Assembly: GCA_965649125.1 (NCBI GenBank) | Contig: CBFGJO010000003.1 | Location: forward strand, 1,459 to 65,458 | DNA: 64,000 bases | Direction: 5' to 3' | DNA from: a candidate division WOR-3 bacterium | GTDB lineage: Bacteria; Hydrothermota; Hydrothermia; Hydrothermales; Hydrothermaceae | Part shown: in pieces, positions 27,992 to 36,980 of the stretch | Layout: each line of letters opens with the position of its first letter | How positions within the stretch are numbered: the stretch's first letter is position 1 | Made by a program: the position numbers and the translations under genes | The notes under the pieces: model-generated | Database searches by the model: none | Told to the model about the DNA's origin: nothing | Seen by the model: only the letters and a program-made list of their open reading frames with translations

Positions 27992-28911
27992 CAGGAGTAA
28001 GTGGTCCTTTTTATATAGAATCCTTCTTTGGTAAGCATTTATATCATTATAAGATAAAAAATTGGATTTTAAGAAAAAAAACAAATTATCAACTTGTTGA
28101 TATATGTGAACTTGAATTCTTTGGAAAAACAGTTTTTCTTGATGAAAAAATACAATCAGCACAGATTGATGAATTCATTTACCATGAAGCACTTGTCCAT
28201 CCTGCAATGCTTTTAAGTGAAAATCCAAAGGAAGTTTATATAATAGGAGGAGGGGAAGGAGCAACATTAAGAGAAGTATTAAAACATAAGGTGAAAAGAT
28301 GTATTATGTGTGACATAGATGAAGAATTTGTAAAAATATGCAAGGAATATCTTCCTGAATGGCATATGGGAAGTTTTGAGGATAAAAGAAGTATTTTAAT
28401 TTATAAAGATGCAAGGAGTGAACTTGAAAAAAGGAACGAGAAATTTGATGTTATAATTTCTGATTTAACAGAACCAATTGAGGGAGGGCCATCCTCTTAT
28501 CTTTTTACATTGGAATTTTATGAAATAATTAAAAAAAATCTTAAAGAGGATGGAATATTTGCAACCCAGGCAGGAAGTACTATCCCTTATTATAATTTAT
28601 TTTTTTGTTCAATATATAAAACACTGAAAAAAGTTTTTGAATTTGTTCTTCCTTATGAAATATATATGCCTTCCTTTAATATGTCCTGGGGATTTTTTAT
28701 TGCCTCTTCAAAAAATTTTATAAAAAAAATAAATTGTGAACTGTTTGAGATAAAAATAAAAGATAGAAAGATTTTTGAGAAACTAAAATTTATAACCCCA
28801 CCTTATCTTGAAAAAATTTTTATAATTCCAAAAAATTTAAAAAAAGATTTAGAGGAGAAAGGAAGAGTATTAAATGATGAAAAACCATTTGTTTGGGAAG
28901 TTGAAAAATAA
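27988..28911 (+). CDS. speE: polyamine aminopropyltransferase (spermidine synthase)
   Basis: FLDEKIQSAQIDEFIYHEALVHPAM, IIGGGEGATLREVLKH and VIISDLTEP. Confidence 0.85.
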   Translation: MTGVSGPFYIESFFGKHLYHYKIKNWILRKKTNYQLVDICELEFFGKTVFLDEKIQSAQIDEFIYHEALVHPAMLLSENPKEVYIIGGGEGATLREVLKHKVKRCIMCDIDEEFVKICKEYLPEWHMGSFEDKRSILIYKDARSELEKRNEKFDVIISDLTEPIEGGPSSYLFTLEFYEIIKKNLKEDGIFATQAGSTIPYYNLFFCSIYKTLKKVFEFVLPYEIYMPSFNMSWGFFIASSKNFIKKINCELFEIKIKDRKIFEKLKFITPPYLEKIFIIPKNLKKDLEEKGRVLNDEKPFVWEVEK

Positions 28912-28952
28912 AATTGTTTTTTTGTATAATATTAAAATTAAAGGGGCGAAAA

Positions 28953-29705
28953 ATGGCAGGACATTCAAAATGGGCACAAGTTAAGCATAAAAAGGAAAAA
29001 GTTGACAAAGAAAAAGGTAAAATTTTTAATAAACTCATAAGGGAAATAACTGTTGCAGCAAGACTCGGAGGAAAGGATCCCGAATTTAATCCAAGATTAA
29101 GGCTCGCGATAGAAAGGGCAAAATCCTATAACATGCCATGGGAAAATATTGAAAGGGCAATAAAAAAAGGAACAGGTGAACTTGAAGGTATCAAATACGA
29201 GGAAGTGATATATGAAGGATATGGACCCGGTGGAGTTGCAATAATTGTTGAGGCAACAACAGATAACAAAAATAGGACTACAAATGAAATAAGACATATT
29301 TTTTCAAAATATGGTGGAAACCTCGGAATCACAGGATGCGTATCCTGGCAATTTAAAGAAGAAGGTGTTTTACATGTTCCAAAGGAAGTAATCAGTGAAG
29401 AGGAAATTTTTGAAATGGCAATTGATGCAGGTGCAGAAGATATAAAAATAGAAGGAGAAAATTATGAAATAATATCTAAGCCTGAAAATTTTTATAATTT
29501 AAAGAAAGTATTGAGTGAAAAAGGGTTACCAGTTGAAGGTGATATAATGAAAATACCTACATCAACAACAAAAGTTGAAGGGAAGAAGGCTGAACAACTT
29601 TTAAAATTACTTCAAGCCCTTGAAGAACATGATGATATTCAAAGAACCTATTCAAATTTTGAAATAGAAGAAAAAGAATTTGAAATCTTAACAAAATCAA
29701 TTTGA
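28953..29705 (+). CDS. yebC: YebC/PmpR family DNA-binding transcriptional regulator
   Basis: MAGHSKWAQVKHKKEKVDKEKGKIF..REITVAARLGG..NPRLR. The start is taken at the ATG after AAAGGGG rather than the ORF-track start 28914. Confidence 0.9.
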   Translation: MAGHSKWAQVKHKKEKVDKEKGKIFNKLIREITVAARLGGKDPEFNPRLRLAIERAKSYNMPWENIERAIKKGTGELEGIKYEEVIYEGYGPGGVAIIVEATTDNKNRTTNEIRHIFSKYGGNLGITGCVSWQFKEEGVLHVPKEVISEEEIFEMAIDAGAEDIKIEGENYEIISKPENFYNLKKVLSEKGLPVEGDIMKIPTSTTKVEGKKAEQLLKLLQALEEHDDIQRTYSNFEIEEKEFEILTKSI

Positions 29706-30148
29706 AAATTCTTGGAATAGACCCAGGTTTAAAAGAAACAGGTTATGGAATAATTGATGAAAATTATAAACTGATTGATTTTGGAATAATTAAAGGCAAA
29801 GATTTTTTTGAACAGTTAAAAAAATTTGAAAAAATTATAAAAAATAAAAAAATAAATTATGCTTTCATTGAAGATGTTTTTTCTTATAAAAATCCAAAGT
29901 TATCTTTAAAATTAGGAGAAGTAAGAGGCGCATTTATTTATTTACTTAAGTCAAGAAAAATAAAAATTTTAAGTTTAACAAATTCAGAAATAAAAAGAAT
30001 AATAACAGGGAATGGAAGGGCAAGCAAAAAACAACTGGAGTTTATGGTTTCAAGTTTCCTTTCATTAAGAAAAAAAATTCCCAATCATATTTCAGATGCG
30101 CTTGCCTGTGCAATTGCAGGTTTTTTAAAGAAGAAAAATGTTCTTTAA
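29702..30148 (+). CDS. ruvC: crossover junction endodeoxyribonuclease RuvC
   Basis: ILGIDPGLKETGYGII, FIEDVF, GNGRASKKQ and SDALACAIAG. TTG start. Confidence 0.85.
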   Translation: MKILGIDPGLKETGYGIIDENYKLIDFGIIKGKDFFEQLKKFEKIIKNKKINYAFIEDVFSYKNPKLSLKLGEVRGAFIYLLKSRKIKILSLTNSEIKRIITGNGRASKKQLEFMVSSFLSLRKKIPNHISDALACAIAGFLKKKNVL

Positions 30149-30707
30149 GATAAGTGGAAAAATGATTTATAAAGAACCTTTTAAAGTGGGGATAGAAGTT
30201 AATTTTGGAGAATCAGGTATTACTTACGAAATTTTTACACCATTAAAAATTTATGAAAAATATAAAGAAGGGGATAAGATAGAACTTTTTATTCATACAT
30301 ATTTAAGGGAAGAAGAATTCTCTTTGTATGGATTTGAAAAAAAGGAAGAAAAAGATATTTTTGAAAAAATAATTTCTGTTCCAGGGATTGGTCCACGCCT
30401 TGCAATTCAAATAATATCAAACTATTCTCCTTCTGAAATTTCAGAAATTGTTGAGAAGGAAGATATAAAAAAACTTTCAAAAATAAAAGGGGTTGGAACA
30501 AAGAGGGCATCAAGAATAATATTTGAATTAAAAGAAAAAATACCTTCTTTTAAAACTTACACAGACCTTGAAAGGGAAGCAATAAAAGTTCTTATGAATC
30601 TTGGACTTAATAAAAAAGAAGCAGAGGAAATCCTTTATAATACTTTAAAGGATAAAAAATTTGAAAGCGTTGAAGAAGTTTTGAAAGAAATATTTAAAAC
30701 ATTTTAA
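30138..30707 (+). CDS. ruvA: Holliday junction DNA helicase subunit RuvA
   Basis: LYGFEKKEEKDIFEKIISVPGIGPRLA and IKGVGTKRASRII helix-hairpin-helix pairs. Confidence 0.85.
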   Translation: MFFKISGKMIYKEPFKVGIEVNFGESGITYEIFTPLKIYEKYKEGDKIELFIHTYLREEEFSLYGFEKKEEKDIFEKIISVPGIGPRLAIQIISNYSPSEISEIVEKEDIKKLSKIKGVGTKRASRIIFELKEKIPSFKTYTDLEREAIKVLMNLGLNKKEAEEILYNTLKDKKFESVEEVLKEIFKTF

Positions 30708-30751
30708 TTTTTTTATTTTTTACTTTATAATATATTTTTTAAGGAGGGTTT

Positions 30752-31111
30752 ATGGATTTACAAAGCATTCTTGAAGAAACACTTAAAAAAATAGCAGGAG
30801 CAAATTATGTATCATGTGTTGGAATGGATGGAATTGCACTTTCACAGGCAATAAAAGAGGTATCTTTTGACCCTGCAATACTTGATGCTGAAATTGCAAA
30901 TCTTATCGCATACGGAGTTAAAACATGCGAAAGTATTAATGGAGGAGAATTTGAAGAAATATTATTCTCAACAGATAAATACTTAATTCTTGCAAGAAAA
31001 ATAAACAGAGACGCCTTTTTAATAATTGCCCTTTCTGAAATCAAAAATCTTGGACTTGCAAGAATTCAGGCAAAAAAAGCAACAGAGGAATTAAAGAAAG
31101 TATTAGAATAA
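30752..31111 (+). CDS. Roadblock/LC7 domain protein
   Basis: 119 aa. The LKKIAGANYVSCVGMDGIALSQ pattern is typical of Roadblock/LC7. Good SD (AAGGAGGG). Confidence 0.5.
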   Translation: MDLQSILEETLKKIAGANYVSCVGMDGIALSQAIKEVSFDPAILDAEIANLIAYGVKTCESINGGEFEEILFSTDKYLILARKINRDAFLIIALSEIKNLGLARIQAKKATEELKKVLE

Positions 31112-32231
31112 AATAAGAAAATACAATTCTTTAATCTGCTTTATTTTACTTTTTAGTGGTATTATATTAAAAAAATTAAACTTTCCATCAATTTCCTTAA
31201 TTTTAATTATTCTCTTCTCATTTTTCTTTTTAAGGGAAAACTTTTTCTGGATTTTAATCTTTCTTTCGGGCTTTTTTTATTTTAAAAATAATTATAAAAT
31301 TTCAAAAGAGTTTCTAATAATAAACAAAAATTTACATACTTATTTTTCAAAAATAATTGATAAGAGTTTTGATAGAGATGATTCAGAATTCTTAAAAGCA
31401 ATAGTTCTTGGTGAAAGGGGGAAACTATCCCTTTCCTTAAAGGAAAAATTTAAAAGAACAGGCACAGTCCATTTTTTTGCGATCTCAGGGCTTCATATGG
31501 GGATAATATTTCTTTTCTTTTTTATTTCATTCAGGATTTTGAGAATAAATTATAAATTTGCAAATCTTTTATCAAGCATATCAATTTTGATTTATACAAC
31601 AATTTTACCATTAAGACCATCAATTTTAAGAGCAAATATAATGATTTTAACATTTTCTATTATGGAATTTTTTGAAAGAAAAAGCGTCCCTTTGAATACT
31701 TTGGGATTTGCAGGATTTTTATCACTTTTAATAAATCCTTTATGGGCTTTTGACCATGGGTTCTTACTTTCCTATCTTGCAACAGGGGGAATCTTATTTT
31801 TGTATCCCACAATTTTCAATTTTTTAAGAACAAAATATGAATTCTTAAATAAATATATAATTTCACCATTGATTGTCTCATTCTCTGCACAGATTTTTGT
31901 TTTTCCTTACATTTTGTATTTCTTTAAATATCTTTCATTAATATCAACAATCTCAAACCTTATCTTAACACCCCTTTTAACCCTTACAATAATTTCTTCA
32001 TTTTTATTTTTAATCTTTTATAATTTCCCAATTTTAAATGAAGGTTTTAAAGGATTCACCCTTTTATCAAAAGACCTGCTTTTTGTTTTTAATGATTTTT
32101 TTGCAGATTTAAATTTCTCCTGTCTTTATTTCAAAAATTTTACACCACTTGTTTTTCTGCTCTATCCTTTAACTCTTTTGCTTGGAATTTTTTTAAATTT
32201 AAAAACAAAAGAGAAAATGAGATTAGTTTAA
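31107..32231 (+). CDS. minimal ComEC/Rec2-family channel protein (start codon unresolved)
   Basis: LKAIVLGERGKLSLSLKEKFKRTGTVHFFAISGLHMGII is the ComEC competence-domain signature and is followed by about 7 TM segments. The frame is open from 31107, but the first ATG/GTG/TTG is at 31497, after the signature. Confidence 0.7.
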   Translation, partial: NKIRKYNSLICFILLFSGIILKKLNFPSISLILIILFSFFFLRENFFWILIFLSGFFYFKNNYKISKEFLIINKNLHTYFSKIIDKSFDRDDSEFLKAIVLGERGKLSLSLKEKFKRTGTVHFFAISGLHMGIIFLFFFISFRILRINYKFANLLSSISILIYTTILPLRPSILRANIMILTFSIMEFFERKSVPLNTLGFAGFLSLLINPLWAFDHGFLLSYLATGGILFLYPTIFNFLRTKYEFLNKYIISPLIVSFSAQIFVFPYILYFFKYLSLISTISNLILTPLLTLTIISSFLFLIFYNFPILNEGFKGFTLLSKDLLFVFNDFFADLNFSCLYFKNFTPLVFLLYPLTLLLGIFLNLKTKEKMRLV

Positions 32232-32243
32232 TTCTTGGACTAT

Positions 32244-32273
32244 TTGAAGTTTTCATTTTGTATTCATTATAAT
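32244..32273 (+). promoter_or_regulatory. sigma70-like promoter upstream of the lutB-like gene
   Basis: TTGAAG (32244-32249), 18-nt spacer, TATAAT (32268-32273). Confidence 0.4.
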
Positions 32274-32292
32274 AACTCCTTTAAAAGGAGTT
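32274..32292. promoter_or_regulatory. 19-bp perfect palindrome covering the SD of the lutB-like gene
   Basis: AACTCCTTTAAAAGGAGTT lies immediately after the -10 box and ends 1 nt before the ATG at 32294. Confidence 0.5.
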
Positions 32293-32293
32293 T

Positions 32294-33757
32294 ATGATGG
32301 AAGATGTTCATAAAAAATATTTTGAGTTTCAAGAAGAAATATATAAATGGCTCTATCATGAGTTTACAAGACTTGCACTCAGAAGGGCAATCAGTTCATT
32401 CAGGGAGGCAAGAGATAAGGCACTTGAAGAATTTCCCTATGTAAAAGAAGAAAGGAAAAAATTGATAAAGATAAAGGATGAAGTGATTTCAAATCTTGAT
32501 TTCTGGATTGAAAAGGCAATGAAGGCAGTTGAAAGGGCAAAGGGTAAAGCATATTATGCAAAAAATATAGATGATGCTCTTGAAATAATAAAAAGGATTG
32601 TCGGAACAGGTAAAACGATTGTTAAGGCAAAATCCATAACTTCTGAGGAACTTCATCTTAATAAACATCTTGAAGAATGGGGGAATAAAGTTTATGAAAC
32701 AGACCTTGGTGAATTCATAGTTCAGCTTATTAAATCAAGACCAATGCATATTCTTGCACCTGCAGTTAATATTTCAAGGGAAAGGGTTGCTGAAATATTT
32801 TCAAGACTTGCAGGTGAAGAACTTCCACCTGATATACCAAAACTTGTTAAATTTGCAAGAAAATTTTTAAGGGAGAAATATTTTGAAGCAGATATTGGAA
32901 TAAGTGGGGCAAATGCAATAACTGCTGACACTGGTTCTGTTTTTTTACTTGAAAATGAGGGGAATATAAGATTTGTTACAAATGCTCCACCTGTACATAT
33001 TGTAATAACAGGAATAGAAAAGATACTACCCACTTTTAGAGACGGTTCAATTTTAACAGAGGTTGTTGCAAGATATGCCGGATACAATGCAATGAGCTAT
33101 GTATCAATAATCTCCGGACCTTCAAAAACAGGGGATATAGAAAAAACAGTGGTTTATGGTGCACATGGTCCTGAGGAATTTCATGTTATCTTTCTTGATA
33201 ATGGAAGAAAGGAAATGGCAAAGGAAGATATTATAAAAGAGGCTTTAAGGTGTGTAAGGTGTGGTGTTTGTATGTATGAATGTCCTGTTTATGCAATCAC
33301 AACAGGCTACTGGGGATACATCTATATGGGAGGAATAGGGATCCCATGGACTTCCTATGTTGCAGGAGGATTTTTAGAATCAGCACCCCTTGCGTTTACC
33401 TGTATAATATGCAATAGATGCAAAGTTTACTGTCCAATGGAGATTGATACAGGTGAAATTGTTTTAAAAATAAGGGAAATTTTAAAAAAGAAAAATTTTG
33501 AAATGCCGTTTTTCTTAAGGAGTATGAACAAGGCAATCGTAAATGATAATAAATGCAGTGGATGTGGAATATGTATTTCTGTCTGCCCTTTTAAAATTCC
33601 AGAATTTAAAACAAAAAACGGGAAAAGGGTATCTTTTATAAATGAATCATGTCTTGGATGCGGAGTATGTATCTCTTCATGTCCATCAAAGGCAATAGAG
33701 GCATACGGTTTTAAAGATGAAAGAATATATGCTCTTTTAGAGGAGGCTATAAAATGA
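32294..33757 (+). CDS. LutB/LldF-like LUD-domain iron-sulfur protein with extra C-terminal ferredoxin domain
   Basis: VKAKSITSEELHLNKHLEEWGNKVYETDLGEFIVQL..HILAPA matches LutB. CVRCGVCMYECPVY and CIICNRCKVYCPM clusters are followed by additional CSGCGICISVCPF and CLGCGVCISSCPS. Confidence 0.8.
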   Translation: MMEDVHKKYFEFQEEIYKWLYHEFTRLALRRAISSFREARDKALEEFPYVKEERKKLIKIKDEVISNLDFWIEKAMKAVERAKGKAYYAKNIDDALEIIKRIVGTGKTIVKAKSITSEELHLNKHLEEWGNKVYETDLGEFIVQLIKSRPMHILAPAVNISRERVAEIFSRLAGEELPPDIPKLVKFARKFLREKYFEADIGISGANAITADTGSVFLLENEGNIRFVTNAPPVHIVITGIEKILPTFRDGSILTEVVARYAGYNAMSYVSIISGPSKTGDIEKTVVYGAHGPEEFHVIFLDNGRKEMAKEDIIKEALRCVRCGVCMYECPVYAITTGYWGYIYMGGIGIPWTSYVAGGFLESAPLAFTCIICNRCKVYCPMEIDTGEIVLKIREILKKKNFEMPFFLRSMNKAIVNDNKCSGCGICISVCPFKIPEFKTKNGKRVSFINESCLGCGVCISSCPSKAIEAYGFKDERIYALLEEAIK

Positions 33758-34470
33758 AGAAAATAGGTATTTTCCTTGGATGTGTATCAAAAACAAAAGA
33801 AGAAATTTTGTCCTCATTTGAAAGTGTTTTTAAAAAGATTAAATACCCTTATAAGTTTCTAATGGAGAAAAATTGCTGTGGTGCACCTTATCTTTTATCG
33901 GGAATGACTGACGAATTCAAAAGGAATGCCGAAGAGGTAAAAAAAATACTAGAAGAGGAAAAAATAGGAGCTCTTGTTCTCCATTGTCCTTACTGTCATT
34001 CCTTTATGAAAAAAAGATATACTGGGTATGGAGTAAATATAAATGTTAAAATTTTACATTTTACAAGTTTTATAAAAAGATTGATTGAAAGAGGTAAGGT
34101 AAGAATTAAGAAGAAAATTGATAAAGAGACAGTTTATCATGATTCGTGCTACCTCGGAAGACAGGGAGAGGGGATTTATGATGATCCACGTGAAATTCTT
34201 AAAAATACTGTATCTTCGCTCCTTGAACTTAAACTTTCAAGAGAATATACAACATGTTGTGGAGGGAACTCATCTATGGTTACATATCTTCCCCATCTTT
34301 TTAGAGAGATATCAAAAGAAAAGATAGATAAAGAGGTAATTCCAATTGGAGCAAAACTTCTAACAATAAGTTGTCCCCATTGCTATTTTAATTTCTCAAA
34401 TGCAAATAAAGAACTTGGAAATCCAGTTGAAGTAAAACATATAATTCAGATTTTAGATGAGGTAATTTAA
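33754..34470 (+). CDS. LutA/GlpC-like (Fe-S) oxidoreductase with two CCG cysteine-rich domains
   Basis: Two repeats containing CCG motifs (NCCGAPY.., TTCCGGNS..) and CP.C motifs. 4-nt overlap with the lutB-like gene. Confidence 0.7.
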   Translation: MKKIGIFLGCVSKTKEEILSSFESVFKKIKYPYKFLMEKNCCGAPYLLSGMTDEFKRNAEEVKKILEEEKIGALVLHCPYCHSFMKKRYTGYGVNINVKILHFTSFIKRLIERGKVRIKKKIDKETVYHDSCYLGRQGEGIYDDPREILKNTVSSLLELKLSREYTTCCGGNSSMVTYLPHLFREISKEKIDKEVIPIGAKLLTISCPHCYFNFSNANKELGNPVEVKHIIQILDEVI

Positions 34471-34488
34471 AATATTTCCACAAAGTTT

Positions 34489-35130
34489 TTAATTCTTTTT
34501 TCTCTTTTTTATAAATTCAAAGGCTAAGAGGGTATAATCTATTAATTTTTTTGAAAAATCATCAACTTCTTGAGGTTTGTAAGGTTTTGAAATGTATATT
34601 GAGACTTTTGAAAATGGTAAGGGCAATTTGAATCTATCCCATGTATTAAATTCTATATATTTTGAATATCCTGTTCCAACAAAAACTATTTTTTTATCTG
34701 TTTCTTCTGAAAGAACTATTGCGCCATCTTTAAATACCCATCTTGGACCTCTTGGTCCATCAGGAGTAATTGCGACAGAAAAACCCCTTTTTAAAAGTTT
34801 TCTAAGTGTTAAAAATCCTATTTCCCCTTTCCTTTTAAATGAGCCTCTTGCAAGATTAAATTTAAATGTTTTTAAAATTCTTGAAATTATTTCCCCATCC
34901 CTGTGTCTTGAAACTAAAACTGCTATTTTTTTATTTCTATGAGTATATATTAAAGGGAAAATCTGGGAATGCCAGAAGCAGAATATGCAATTTTCACTTT
35001 TTCTTATTTTATCAGGAAAATAATTTTTATTTCCAAAAAAATTTATCTTTAGAGTTTTTGAATAAAAGTAATAAATTAAAGAAATAAACCCTGTAAAAAT
35101 TTCAAGAAATTTATCTTCTAACTTCTTCAA
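34489..35130 (-). CDS. DUF374 (lysophospholipid acyltransferase-like) protein
   Basis: [20 protein letters not shown] and [10 protein letters not shown] motifs. Confidence 0.65.
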   Translation of the reverse strand: MKKLEDKFLEIFTGFISLIYYFYSKTLKINFFGNKNYFPDKIRKSENCIFCFWHSQIFPLIYTHRNKKIAVLVSRHRDGEIISRILKTFKFNLARGSFKRKGEIGFLTLRKLLKRGFSVAITPDGPRGPRWVFKDGAIVLSEETDKKIVFVGTGYSKYIEFNTWDRFKLPLPFSKVSIYISKPYKPQEVDDFSKKLIDYTLLAFEFIKKRKKN

Positions 35131-36877
35131 ATTCCTTTAATGCCTCAATTTCCTTTAATACCCTTTCTTTTTCTATTTCAAATTCTTCCATTTTATATTC
35201 CTTCAATCTAATAATTTTTTCAATCAAATGAGGATTCAAAAGTTCTTCTAAACTTCTTCCTTTTTTAAGTCCTTCCATTGCAGAATTATAGTAAGTAATA
35301 ATAACTTCCATCATCCCCTTCTGTTTTTTTATGGGACAGGAAGCATCCCTTTCATCAAAAGCACTCTGTGATAAAAATCCCTCCCTTATAATTTTTCCGG
35401 TTTCAAGTAAAATTCTTTCAGGTTCTTCAAGTGCATCAGGACCAACAAGTTGAACTATCTCCTGGAGCTCTGCATCTTTCTGCAAAATCTCAGAAGCCAT
35501 CCTTCTTAACTCTGAATATTCCTCACCGAGATTCTTTTCATACCATTCTTCCATTAAACCATAATAAAGTGTATAACTTCTTAGCCAGTTAATTGCAGGG
35601 TAATGTCTCCTGTAAGCAAGAGATGTATCCAGTGCCCATAATCCACCTGTTATCCTCAATGTATTTTGTGTTACAGGTTCTGAAAAATCTCCACCAGGAG
35701 GAGATACCGCACCTATTGCAGTAACAGAACCCTCTCTATCATCCTTACCCAAACATTTCACTCTTCCTGTTCTTTCATAAAATCCTGAAAGTTTTGCAGC
35801 AAGATATGGAGGGAACCCTTCTTCACCTGGCATCTCTTCAAGTCTTGAAGATATTTCCCTTAATGCTTCAGCCCATCTTGATGTAGAATCTGCGAGTAAA
35901 AGAACATTATATCCCATATCCCTATAATATTCAGCCATTGTAATACCTACATATATTGATGCTTCCCTTGCTGCAACTGGCATATTTGAAGTATTCACAA
36001 CTAAAATGGTCCTCGCCATTAAAGGACCACCATGAAATGGGTCTTCAAGATGAGGAAATTCAGTTAACACATCAGCCATCTCATTCCCTCTTTCACCACA
36101 TCCTATATATACAACAATTTCAACAAGTGCATACTTTGCAAGGGTTTGCTCTAAGACAGTTTTACCTGTTCCAAAACCACCAGGAAGTGCTGCATTCCCA
36201 CCAAGTGCAACAGGGAAGAAAAAGTCAAGAACCCTTTGCCCTGTTATAAGGGGCTGTGTTGGTTCAAGTTTCCTTTTATACGGTCTTGGATTCCTTACAG
36301 GCCATTTATGAAACATACTTATTTTACTTCCATTATCAAGTTCACATATTATATCCTCCACTTTATATTCTCCTTCTTTTGCTATAAACTTAACTTTTCC
36401 TTCTTTTATATTTGGTGGAATCATTATTTTATGAATTATAGAATGTGTTTCCTGAACCTCACCTATTATATCTCCTGGAAGAACTTCTTCATTCAAAGAT
36501 ACTTTCGGAATAAAATACCATTTTTTTTCTCTTGAAAGTGCAGGAACAGAGAGCCCCCTTGAAACAAAATCACCTGCTTTAAATCTAAGTACATCAAGTG
36601 GACGCTGAACACCATCAAAGGCATTTGCAAGGAGACCTGGTCCAAGTTCAACCTGCAAGGGCTCTCCAGTTCTTTCCACTGGCTCCCCAACAAAAAGACC
36701 AGAGGTATCCTCATAAACCTGAATATATGCAAGATCCTCTTTAAGTCTAATTATTTCTCCAACAAGCCCTTCCTTTCCAACCCTTACTATCTCATTCATT
36801 CTTGAACCTTTCATTCCCTTTGCAATCACGAGAACACCTGAAATTCTCGCTATGTATGGTTTCATTTTTACCTCCAA
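35111..36877 (-). CDS. ntpA: V/A-type ATP synthase catalytic subunit A
   Basis: 588 aa. Walker [20 protein letters not shown] and [17 protein letters not shown]. Has the characteristic non-homologous insert after the N-terminal barrel. Confidence 0.9.
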   Translation of the reverse strand: MEVKMKPYIARISGVLVIAKGMKGSRMNEIVRVGKEGLVGEIIRLKEDLAYIQVYEDTSGLFVGEPVERTGEPLQVELGPGLLANAFDGVQRPLDVLRFKAGDFVSRGLSVPALSREKKWYFIPKVSLNEEVLPGDIIGEVQETHSIIHKIMIPPNIKEGKVKFIAKEGEYKVEDIICELDNGSKISMFHKWPVRNPRPYKRKLEPTQPLITGQRVLDFFFPVALGGNAALPGGFGTGKTVLEQTLAKYALVEIVVYIGCGERGNEMADVLTEFPHLEDPFHGGPLMARTILVVNTSNMPVAAREASIYVGITMAEYYRDMGYNVLLLADSTSRWAEALREISSRLEEMPGEEGFPPYLAAKLSGFYERTGRVKCLGKDDREGSVTAIGAVSPPGGDFSEPVTQNTLRITGGLWALDTSLAYRRHYPAINWLRSYTLYYGLMEEWYEKNLGEEYSELRRMASEILQKDAELQEIVQLVGPDALEEPERILLETGKIIREGFLSQSAFDERDASCPIKKQKGMMEVIITYYNSAMEGLKKGRSLEELLNPHLIEKIIRLKEYKMEEFEIEKERVLKEIEALKEFEEVRR

Positions 36878-36922
36878 ATTGAGTTTAATTATAAAGAATA
36901 ATTTTTATGATTTCAAAATGTT

Positions 36923-36952
36923 TTGACTTTTTAAATTTTTTTTCTTTATAAT
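36923..36952 (+). promoter_or_regulatory. sigma70-like promoter for nuoM-nuoN
   Basis: TTGACT (36923-36928), 18-nt spacer, TATAAT (36947-36952). Followed by AAAGGAG and the GTG start at 36981. Confidence 0.45.
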
Positions 36953-36980
36953 TTTTGTTCTTTTCAAAAAGGAGTTAAAA

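Noticed and set aside
35111-36877. An intein or insertion within the V-ATPase A subunit.
   Set aside because: The length (588 aa) and the continuous motif order (Walker [23 protein letters not shown]) are those of an uninterrupted A subunit.
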